Shown here piece after piece: positions 13,915-24,962 of a stretch of 64,000 nt of DNA (position 1 is its first letter; each line of letters opens with the position of its first letter). This stretch comes from Macrostomum lignano (lineage: Eukaryota). Position numbers and translations under genes: made by a program. The stretch covers positions 54,784-118,783 of the forward strand of contig NIVC01001488.1 of NCBI GenBank assembly GCA_002269645.1. Reading direction: 5' to 3'. The notes beneath the pieces were generated by a model. It was not told the DNA's origin, did not search any database, and saw only the letters and a program-made list of their open reading frames with translations.

Positions 13915-14915
13915 AGCAACCCCCCAGATAGCAAGCACCCCCAGATAGCAAGCATCCACCTAATAGCAAGCACCCTTAGATAGCAAGCATCCCCAGATAG
14001 CAAGCATCTCCAGATAGCAAGCACCCCCAGATAGCAGGCACCCCAGATAGCAAGCATCCACCTAATAGCAAGCACCCTTAGATAGCAAGCACCCCCAGAT
14101 AGCAAGCACCCCCAGATAGCAAGCACCCCAAGTAGCAAGCATCTCTAGATAGCAAGCACCCCCAGATAGCAGGCACCCCAGATAGCAAGCATCCACCTAA
14201 TAGCAAGCACCCCAAGATAGCAAGCAATTACCTAATAGCAAGCACCCTTAGATAGCAAGCACCCCCAGATAGCAAGCACCCCCAGATAGCAAGCATCTCC
14301 AGATAGCAAGCACCCCCAGATAGCAAGCATCCACCTAATAGCAAGCACCCCCAGATAGCAAGCATCCACCTAATAGCAAGCATCCACCTAATAGCAAGCA
14401 CCCCCAGATAGCAAGCACCCCCAGATAGCAAGCATCTCTAGATAGCAAGCACCCCCAGATAGCAGGCACCCCAGATAGCAAGCATCCACCTAATAGCAAG
14501 CACCCCCAGATAGCAAGCATCTCCAGATAGCAAGCACCCCCAGATAGCAGGCACCCCAGATAGCAAGCATCCACCTAATAGCAAGCACCCCCAGATAGCA
14601 AGCACCCCCAGATAGCAAGAACCCCCAGATAGCAGGCACCCCAGATAGCAAGCATCCACCTAATAGCAAGCACCCCCAGATAGCAAGCACCCCCAGATAG
14701 CAAGCACCCCCAGATAGCAAGCACCCCCAGATAGCACGCATCTCCAGATAGCAAGCACTCCAAGATAGCAGGCACCCCAGATAGCAAGCATCCACCTAAT
14801 AGCAAGCACCCCCAGATAGCTAGAACCCCCAAGATAGCAAGCATTCCCCCAGATAGCAAGCACCCCCAGATAGCACGCATCTCCAGATAGCAAGCACTCC
14901 AAGATAGTAGGCACC
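13915..14915. repeat. 18-19 bp minisatellite CAGATAGCAAGCACCCC (B2)
   Basis: Direct tandem array; bounds approximate. Confidence 0.95.
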
Positions 14916-14921
14916 CCATTT

Positions 14922-16610
14922 ATGTTTGACATGGTAGCTGTTTTGTGTCTGACATGGTGGCTCTTTAATGTTTGAGCTGGTGGCTCTTTTATGTTTGACA
15001 TGGTGGCACTTTAATGTCTGAAATGGAGTCATGTATACGCTTGACATGGTGACTCGTAGATGTTTGACAAAGTGGCTCTTTTATGTTCGACATGTGGCTC
15101 TTTAATGTTTGACATGGTGGCTCTTTAATGTTTGACATGGTGGCTCTTTAATGTTTGACATGGTGGGTCTTTAATTTATGACATGGTGGCTCTTTTATGT
15201 TTGACATGATGGCTCTTTAATGTTCGACATGGTGGCTGTTTAATGTTTGTTATGTAGTCATATGTATATGTTTTACATGGTGGCTCTTTTATGTGTGACA
15301 TGGAGTCACGTATATATTTGACATGGAGTCACATATGTTTGACATGGTGGCTCTTTAGTGTTCGATATGGTGGCTCTTTAATGTTTGACATGGTGGCTCT
15401 TTTATGTTTGACATAGTGGCTCTTTAATGTCTGACATGGTGGCTCTTTAATGTTTGACATGGTGGCTCTTTTATGTTTGACATGATGGCTCTTTAATGTT
15501 CGACATGGTGGGCTGTTTAATGTTTGTTATGTAGTCATATGTATATGTTTTACATGGTGGCCCTTTTATGTGTGACATGGAGGCACGTATATATTCGACA
15601 TGGAGTCACATATGTTTGACATGGTGGCTCTTTAGTGTTCGATATGGTGGCTCTTTAATGTTTGACATGGTGGCTCTTTAATGTCTGACATGGTGGCTCT
15701 TTAATGTTTGACATGGTGGCTCTTTTATGTTCGACATGTTGGCTCTTTAGTGTTTGACATGGCTCTTTAATGTTTGACATGGTGGCTCTTTTATGCTTGA
15801 CATGGTGGCTCTTTAATGTTCGACATGGTGGCTCTTTAATGTTTGACATGGTGGCTCTTTTATGCTTGACATGGTGGCTCTTTTATGTTTGACATGGTGG
15901 CTCTTTTTTGTTCTACATGGTAACTCTTTTATGTTTGATACGGTGGCTTTTTAATATCTGACATTGTGGCTCTTCTATGTTTGACATTGTGGCTCTTTTA
16001 TGTTTGACATGGTGGCTCTTTAATGTTTGACATGGTGGCTCTTTAATGTACGACATAAAGGTTCGTTTATGTTCGACATGGTGGCTCTTTTAGGTTTGAC
16101 ATGGTAGCTCTTTTATGTTCGACATGGTGGCTCTTTTAGGTTTGACATGGTGGCTCTTTTAGTTTTGACATGGTAGCTCTTTTATGTTCGACATGGTGGC
16201 TCTTAAATGTTTCACATGATGGCTCTTAAATGTCTTACATGGTGGCTCTTTTATGTTTGACAATGTGGCTCTTTAATGTTTTACATGGCGGCTCTTTTAT
16301 GTTCGAAATGGTGGCTCTTTAATGTTCGACATGGTGGCTCTTTAATGTTTGACATGCTAGCTCTTTAATGTTCGACATAGTGGCTCTTTTATGTTTGGCA
16401 TGGTGGCTCTTTAATGTTCTTCATGGTGGCTCTTTTACGTTTGACATGGTGGCACTTTAATGTTCGACGTGGTGGCTCTTTAATATTCGAAATGGTGACT
16501 CTTTAATGTTTCACATGGTGGCTCTTTAATGTTTGACATAGAGTCACGTATTTGTTTTACATGGTGCCCATGTAATGTTTGACATGGTGCCTCTTTTATG
16601 TTTGACATTG
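14922..16610. repeat. 23 bp minisatellite (B2)
   Basis: Same unit as the B1 array; bounds approximate. Confidence 0.95.
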
Positions 16611-16667
16611 TGCTTTTTTATGTTTAGCAGTTTCGTGTTTTCAAGGTGTTTTATAAAAAAATTATTT

Positions 16668-16735
16668 TGCACTACTAAGATTCGAACCCAGGTCGCTACG
16701 TTGGCAGTCCAGTCTGTTCGGATCTAGGCTATCTC
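16668..16735 (-). other. tRNA-like (Pol III box A/box B) module in B2; homologues at ~2685-2750, 5155-5221, 8225-8291, 13213-13281
   Basis: The - strand reads GATAGCCTAGATCCGAACAGACTGGACTGCCAACGTAGCGACCTGGGTTCGAATCTTAGTAGTGCA, followed closely by a T7 run. The acceptor stem does not pair. Confidence 0.6.
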
Positions 16736-17226
16736 TTTTCAATTGGAGTACATGAATTGTGGCCCTTATAATTAAATTCTTACAGCAAGTCAATTGGGGT
16801 AAAAAGTTATGACATAATCAATTTCTCAGTCAGCCAGTATCAGTCTCAGTTCAAGTTAGCAGTATTGGTTACGCAATTTTAATCAAGTCGTGTGTGCATT
16901 TCTTCGGCACTGTTTTCAACTTGTTGTGATGCAATCTTTATGACAATCAGAATTCAGCCAGTCAGTTTTTTTCTCTAGCATTCTTACAATGAATTTTAGG
17001 TCGAAAGAGCTGCTTGACCTTTGCAAAAAAGCATGTTTTTCGAATATTTAATCCCTTTATCATTGAGCAATTTTTTAGCCAAGATGCATGTACCGTCCCA
17101 GGAAAATTTCTGATCGAATGGTGCAAGTTTGAAGAAAATCGGTTGAGCCATTTTTTCTGAAATCTATCGCATACCTACCCACATACAGACAACTCATTTT
17201 TAGTATATAGGATTAGTATATTTAGA

Positions 17227-17695
17227 TTATTATAAGTTTCAAAACTCCAAGCATAGAGTAAATTACACGAGGCAGTTATGACATAATCAATTTCTCAGTC
17301 AGTCAGTATCAGTTAGCAATATGGTTACGCAATTTGAATCAAGTCTGGTGCTACGCTTCCACACTGCATTTTCAATACTGTGACGCAATTTAAGTCGGAG
17401 TTACAATTCAGTTATGATGCAATCTATTTCAGAATCAGAATTCAACCAGTCAGTTTTTTCTCTAGCATTCTTACAATGCATTTCAAGTCGAAAAGTTTGC
17501 TTGACCTTTGCAAAAAAGCATGTTTTTCGAATATTTAATCCCTTTAACATGGAGCAATTTCTTAGCCAAGATGCATGTACCGTCACTGGAAAATTTCTGA
17601 TCGAACAGTGCAAGTCTCATGAAAATCGGTCCAGCCATTTTTTCTCTAATCGATTACAAGCAAGCAAGCAAGATTTTCATTTTTAGTATATAGGA
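17227..17695 (-). mobile_element. Helitron host copy A1, 5' part
   Basis: Resumes with TTATTATAAGTTTCAAAACTCCAAGC, the continuation of GCACTTA seen intact at ~5247-5280, and ends TATATAGGA. Confidence 0.75.
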
Positions 17696-17752
17696 TTTGC
17701 ATGTACTACTATACTTTGGCAAAGCTGATGCATAAGAAATTCAAATTTTCAG

Positions 17753-18952
17753 ACACGGCTGAATGTCGAACAACGTTCTCAGGAGAGGATTAAGTTGGAT
17801 CTAAGAGCTCAGCTATCATCTATCAGCGCTCAAATATAGCGCTGGAGTCAGAGAACATCACTGCAATTAAACTTCCGCCACTCAGGTCCCAAGTGCGGTG
17901 CATGAATTGGAACGATGCTGCTCGGAAATTGAAACGAAGAAGTGCTGAAGCACTTGCTGACAAGCTGCTCGCGCTTAACTACTCAAACAGCGAGTCAAGG
18001 TGCCGCTCTCCCCCTGGCCTACCTCTGACGGAGTTTTTAACCATAGCGAACCGTAAGTGCCAAGCGTTCCAACAAAACATCTACATAAGTTGGTTAACTT
18101 TCAATCCACGCCTTGAATCCCAGGTCCACTACTGAAACTGCTTGGATGCTATGCTGCAAACTCGACCGGCTTTGAGTTCAACTTTACTTGCGGCACCGGC
18201 GGGCTGGTCAGCCACGAGGCCTGCGCCGACTGCTGCGGTCTCCTTGGATACTCGCACATCGGGCTGCAGCCCGGCAGCTGCCTCTGTGGCAACGGCTTTC
18301 CCGGCTCGGGCAACAGCAGTAGCAACAGCAGCATCTGCAACAGCAGCTGCATCAGCAACCGGAAGCAGGCCTGCGGATCGCCGACTGCCGTAACCGTGAT
18401 ACAGATTGCGGACACGGGTGGGTTGTTTGGTTAAAAGTCGCAAAATCTTTATTTTTAAGCATCATTCTACAAGCTAATTCCATATTTTCAGGGATATTAG
18501 TCACAATTGAGTCGGAATAAATAAACTATTTATTTAATTAGAGTTGAAAACAGAAAGTAAGTGTGGCGCAGGGCTTAAACGGGTATAATAACAAGGCAAT
18601 AAATTAGAGGGAGAGGTTGGGTGCAGATAAGAAAAGGAGGGGGTGGAATGCGCGACTGAGGAAAGAGGCGAGACTGAAGAGCCAATCAGAAGGCGTCAAG
18701 GGAGAGAGAGAGAAGAGACAAGACCTGAACAAGACAGAGGGAGAGAAAACAAGTAAACAGATACAAGTGCAAACAAACTGAATAAGTGGCTAAGAAAGCC
18801 GCGAAATTGACGAATCATTCCGCTTACAGAACCGAAGCCTTTGCAAATCGGAAACTTCAGCAATCTGACAGTCTTATCTAACGGGCCGTATTGTTTCTTT
18901 TTGGATGAGCTTGATAAACTGAATGCAGCCTTCTGTGACATTCCGTTTTGCC
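17753..18952 (+). CDS. Kringle domain 1, split over exons 17753-18052 and 18830-18952
   Basis: Six-Cys kringle pattern: ECRTTFSGED*VG..RCMNW..SRCRSP..|..GPYCF..AFCDIPFC. The stop sits at the conserved Tyr of G-x-x-Y-x-G. Confidence 0.8.
18124..18417 (+). CDS. WSC domain exon (294 nt, phase 1-1)
   Basis: cccag| acceptor, |gtgggt donor, stop-free. Reads LLGCY...SHEACADCCGLLGYSHIGLQPGSCLCGNG...ICNSSCISNRKQACGS, with all eight WSC cysteine positions. Missing from the ORF track because this frame has no start codon. Confidence 0.85.
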
Positions 18953-19026
18953 GTAAGTTTTCGAATTAGGCAAAGTTTTAGCTTTAGCTCTTAAAATCGA
19001 TAGTGGCGCTCTTTATTGCATTTCAG

Positions 19027-19581
19027 CTACTGCCAGCGCCTTTGATTGCATAGTAAGCTCCGATGAAGAGGTCGTTCAAAAGCAGCAGCGAGCAAAGTAT
19101 ACTGGTCGAAAAAATGTTTCCTCTACCGGAAAGCCGTGCTTGCCATGGAGCTCGCTTGAAGAAAGCATGTCGAGGCGCTTCTTTTTCGGTTTGTTTGAAC
19201 CGAACAAGTCATTTTGAATTCTGTCTGAAGGCACTGATAAAATCTTTTTTGATTTTTCTTTCAGGACCATACAATTTTCTCGGCTTTGACATTCGAACGC
19301 CCGACTACAGTGAACAAGGTGGCGAAAATTTTTGTCGATCAGTTGAAATCATAGCGGAAGATAGCGTTGAATCCAGAGTAAAACGGTATAATATACGTAC
19401 TTTTCTTTGAACATTGATTAGGTAAATGCATTTGCCTCAAGTCATACGTACCGCCCCTCACGTGGTTGCTTCAGTCGGTATCCGATTGCTTTTTCTGACA
19501 CACCTGTGTGCGCCGTGAACACTGGAGCTGCCGTTGCGTTCGCGAACGTTGAGCTTGAGCCATGCGACATTGCATACTGCT
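19027..19581 (+). CDS. Kringle domain 2 (three exons)
   Basis: FDC..KYTGRKNVSSTGKPCLPWS..|GPYN..ENFCRS..|..TPVCAV..EPCDIAYC. The internal junction near 19377-19475 is uncertain. Confidence 0.8.
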
Positions 19582-19685
19582 GTAATTATGCCAAATGTTG
19601 TAGCTATAGTCGAAGAATAAGAGCGTAATGCAGTCTCAACAACAATAAAATTAACCGCAATTAAACTCTGCGCCCATAGATTCAG

Positions 19686-22160
19686 CAGTACCGACTGTGA
19701 CAGGGGCCATCAGGGACTCGGTCGGGAGCCACCTGCTGGCACGCCAGTTCGGCAGCGACCTCAGTATCAGCCTTGCGAACTGCAGCTTCGCTGGTCAGAA
19801 ATGCACAAAGGATGACTTTTTGAACATTGCCCACCCCCAGCTGGGCATGTGCCATCAGTTTCTCAAGCAGCGTTTCACTGCCAGCATGACCAGCAGGCAA
19901 CAGGCCCAGAGTCAGCTGTCAATCAAGTACTTTACTGACGCAACCGACTCGAAGGGACAGATGGTAGCCAACATGGATCAACTGGCTGGAGTCGTGCACG
20001 GCAGCGTGGATTCCGATGCCAGCCGAATTGCATTCAAGGGAGGAATTTTCGCCTAAACTTTTCAGGGACCAACTTTTCAGGAAACTGGAAACTGATGGTC
20101 CAATAGGAGCTGGGAGACCACAGAGGGGCGCAGCCAGGGGGAGGGCAATGGCACCGCGGCCCCATCCCCAGTAAGTAACAGAAATTATGGTGCCCTTTTC
20201 CAGCTGACTGGCGCCTCCTTCAAGACAGCTTTAGTGCCCCTCACAATGGGTTGGGCACCCTCTGTTCCTAATTTTAGCATTACCTTAACAACTAGTTTGC
20301 CTTTGGCGCCAATGGTACTGGCGCCACTACTGGTGCTGTCGCCCACGAAAAGCACGGATCATCAATAATAAATCCTTGCTTCGCTCTAGGACCTCAGAAA
20401 ACGGAGTAGACGACGAGAAATTATGAACCATGCAAGATTTTCTTCTCTTTTTAAGTCCACCAAGCCGTCTCCCTATCATTGTCTTCATCTTACAGGCGAT
20501 AATCGTTCCGGAGAGCAGCTTCCCCTGGCCATCGAAGGGCATCGACGTAGCCGCTGCTCAACGCATGGATGTGCAGCTGAGACTCGATAAATTCTCCAAA
20601 CTCTCCACCGCTCGGAGACCCTGCTCGGAGGTTCCCGAGCCAATTGTGTACCGGCTACCGTCGTGGAAGCAGGCCGATTCGAACAAGGAATTGGAGTAAG
20701 TGCGAAAGTGCTCTACCTGCCATGGTAGCAAGCACTGTTTTAAGAATACCATTAATTTTGTAATAACACTTCAGCATGAGTACGGATCTTGAGGCGGTAG
20801 TCTCTGCCGCCGATTGGAAACAAAGGCTCGCACACTTTCAAATGATGCTGGAAACTCTGAACAGCTCCAGGTTTGTTTAAGAAAAAAGGCTTCACAAAGG
20901 ACAAATTTTTTAAGTTCCAAATATTTATTGATTTTTAGAGCTTTAACTGGAGTAGACAAAGTATTCAGCTACACTGACATGGAGGACTGCATCAACACCT
21001 ACGTTGTCGAGAAGTTCATCGATAAATGCCGCTGCTTGCCCTCGTTTTTGCCTGTCCGAGCCGATTTCTTTGCAAGACATGCTTACTGCTTCGACACCCA
21101 AACTATGCCAAATATTTCCACGGAAACCGACTTATGCTTCAGGAATCAAGTCGCGAATCTGGTGCAGTACCAGTTCGATGCCGTCAGCCTCTGCAAGGCT
21201 GCGTGCTACACAACTGATTTCAGCGCCCGGCACATTACGTATCCGTGGCCGAATCTGAACAGCTTCCGGTCGCTGGCGTTTTTGAAGAACCTCGCCTTTG
21301 CCCTCGGATACGGCAGCAGTCCGAGTGGCCTCAGGGGAATCAACAGCGTCTACTGCGCCTATTTGAGATCGCTGAACTTCACTCAATCGCCAGCCAGTAT
21401 GAGGAACCCGCTGGACATTCTCAGCTTCGACAGCGAGCTGACGGCACTTCAAAACAGACTTGCCCAGCTAACAGTTCAGGCCTGGACATCGTACGGACAG
21501 GAGGTCTCAGAGGAAGAGGCTTATCCCGCCAAGAACCTTCTGGCTGACATTGGAGGTTAGATAACAAGTTTGCTAACGAAATTGTTTCCTAGTACTCGTA
21601 ACTAAATGTTCGATTCGCTTGTAATTGAAAAACTGGCCCAAAGGTTGTCGTACGATTCACATCCACGAAGGCCAACCCCCAAGGAACCCGGAAGTGTACA
21701 TGTCTGACGATTAGAAAGTCAAGGCCGCTGTTAATCCCGTGTGAGCGTGAGGGAGGCTGGTTCAGCGATTCAAGCCAGTGAAAGCTATCCCTAGCCGGAC
21801 CATTCAAAGCATTGTCGAGTCCAAAGAGGTTTTACTTACGTGCTGTGGCAAATCTTTTTAAGTAAATTTTATCTGCATAAAAACCAAGAAGTTATCGATA
21901 CTTTTTGCAAGTAAACCTTCAATTTTACTTTAGGAGCCCTTGGTCTCTGGTCCGGAATTTCTATTCTGACTGCCTGCGAACTGTTTGAGCTTCTGCTCTA
22001 CTTTGCGCTGGCTGTGGGAGCTCGAATGCGCGAGTGTCGTCAGGCAGCCACCGGCTCTGCTGGGCACCTGCAAGGACCTGCAGTTTTGAGTAGCGGCAGC
22101 AGGCCGACTGTGCGAGCCGACGATGTTGAATTGAAAATTGATGCAGACTCCAAGCTGTGA
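19686..22160 (+). CDS. DEG/ENaC palm, beta-ball, thumb, knuckle and TM2 exons
   Basis: ORFs 19697-20056, 20430-20699 and 20814-21560, plus terminal exon 21934-22160 with GLWSGIS. Confidence 0.92.
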
Positions 22161-22610
22161 CTTGAGGCTGCAAATGATTCCAAGAGTTTATGGATGCAGT
22201 GTTCCATGGACACATTAAAGTCGGATCTTGGCGGAACTACGATTACCGTAACTTACACGATAACAGCTCGAGAGAGATTCCCAGAAATACAACAAAAATT
22301 AATGCTGCCTAAAATAACAGAATACTTTTTATATGCTACTTTGACCTTGTCAAAAGTCACCTGAAAAGATTACCTGAAAGTTCCCGAAAGCTTTTCAGTG
22401 GCCCGACAGCAATACTCCAACGCCCGATTGCACAGGAATGAGCCATTGTGTTGCTAAAAATAACTCATACGATATCTCAGTACGAGTACTCACTCCTTCT
22501 GGGGTTTTTCAACCAGTAGAACTTGCCTGCAATGCAAATTGAACTAAAATAGATACATGGAAGAAATCTGGTGGCAACTATCTTTGGTATTAACAGTTTG
22601 CCCAAGTTTA

Positions 22611-24544
<1,934 letters not shown>

Positions 24545-24962
24545 GTTAAATTACAGGAGGGACTTGACTGCGTTTCTGAGCTCAGTTTGAGTTGCTTTTG
24601 AGTCAGTTGCTCAAATGCTGCAATGCTGCTCACTGGACTGACACCTCATCTGTTATCATAACTGTACATTGTCAGCTTCTTTAACTACGCAAGATTAATA
24701 AACTGCGAGCTACAATAAATTATTCCGACTTTTTTTCGAAAATACTCAAATAAATAAAACTCAAGTTAAAAATTTTTTGCTAAACGCACCTGTGCCTAAT
24801 GATTCTAAGGTGCCTTAACATTACTCAATTTCTTAAAACGTTTTATTGGAAGACTGAATTGAGAAGTAATCAGGCGAATTTCTGCAACGATGTTTTTTAA
24901 TCGAGAAACTGGTAAAAATCAAGACGCGTCTGGTTCTCCGTCCTATGTATTTACCAGCGTCG

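Larger units (their letters stand above)
13765..17212 (-). mobile_element. Helitron B2 (~3.4 kb)
   Basis: CTAG at 13765, ends TATATAGGA at 17212; colinear with B1. Confidence 0.85.
383..17695 (-). mobile_element. Nested/tandem non-autonomous Helitron complex (17,313 bp)
   Basis: On the - strand each unit starts 5'-TCCTATATACTAAAAATG and ends in a GC hairpin (plus-strand GCCCCCCGTTGGGGAGC / GCCCCCGATGGGGGGC) about 11 nt before CTAG-3'. The complex sits between A382 and T17696 (AT target, no TSD). No Rep/helicase ORF is visible. Confidence 0.88.
1..22160 (+). pseudogene. DEG/ENaC (amiloride-sensitive Na+ channel family) gene with kringle-WSC-kringle insert; 5' end outside window; two premature stops
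   Basis: Hand-spliced exons: <1-364, 17753-18052, 18124-18417, 18830-18952, 19027-19188, 19265-~19377, ~19442/19475-19581, 19686-20050, 20496-20695, 20939-21555, 21934-22160 (TGA). Phases match at all resolved junctions. Family motifs: TM1 then FPDV*ICP (FPxVTxC), LANCSFAGQKC..DF..HPQLGMCHQF, GIF|AIIVPESSFP, Cys-rich thumb, EEEAYPAKNLLADIG|GALGLWSGISILTACELFE (TM2, GxS filter). In-frame TAA at 133-135 and 17791-17793. Confidence 0.88.

Noticed and set aside
8741-16000. Many ORFs rich in CLLSG/ACYLG/MLAIW or MSNIKEPP
   Set aside because: They translate the Helitron internal minisatellites; no transposase or helicase motifs.
1490-16610. CRISPR-like regular repeats
   Set aside because: No unique spacers, no cas genes, and a spliced eukaryotic context.
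133-17793. TAA reassignment or read-through as the explanation for the two internal stops
   Set aside because: The two sites call for different residues (Thr/Ser and Tyr). Caveat: all four modelled genes end in TGA, so this window does not test TAA usage directly.
18129-18443. Ala-rich ORFs on both strands
   Set aside because: They are shadows of the WSC exon, which lies in the third + frame.
20060-20400. Possible MITE in the ENaC intron (GGGGCGCAGCCAGGGG start)
   Set aside because: No matching terminal inverted repeat or TSD could be found.
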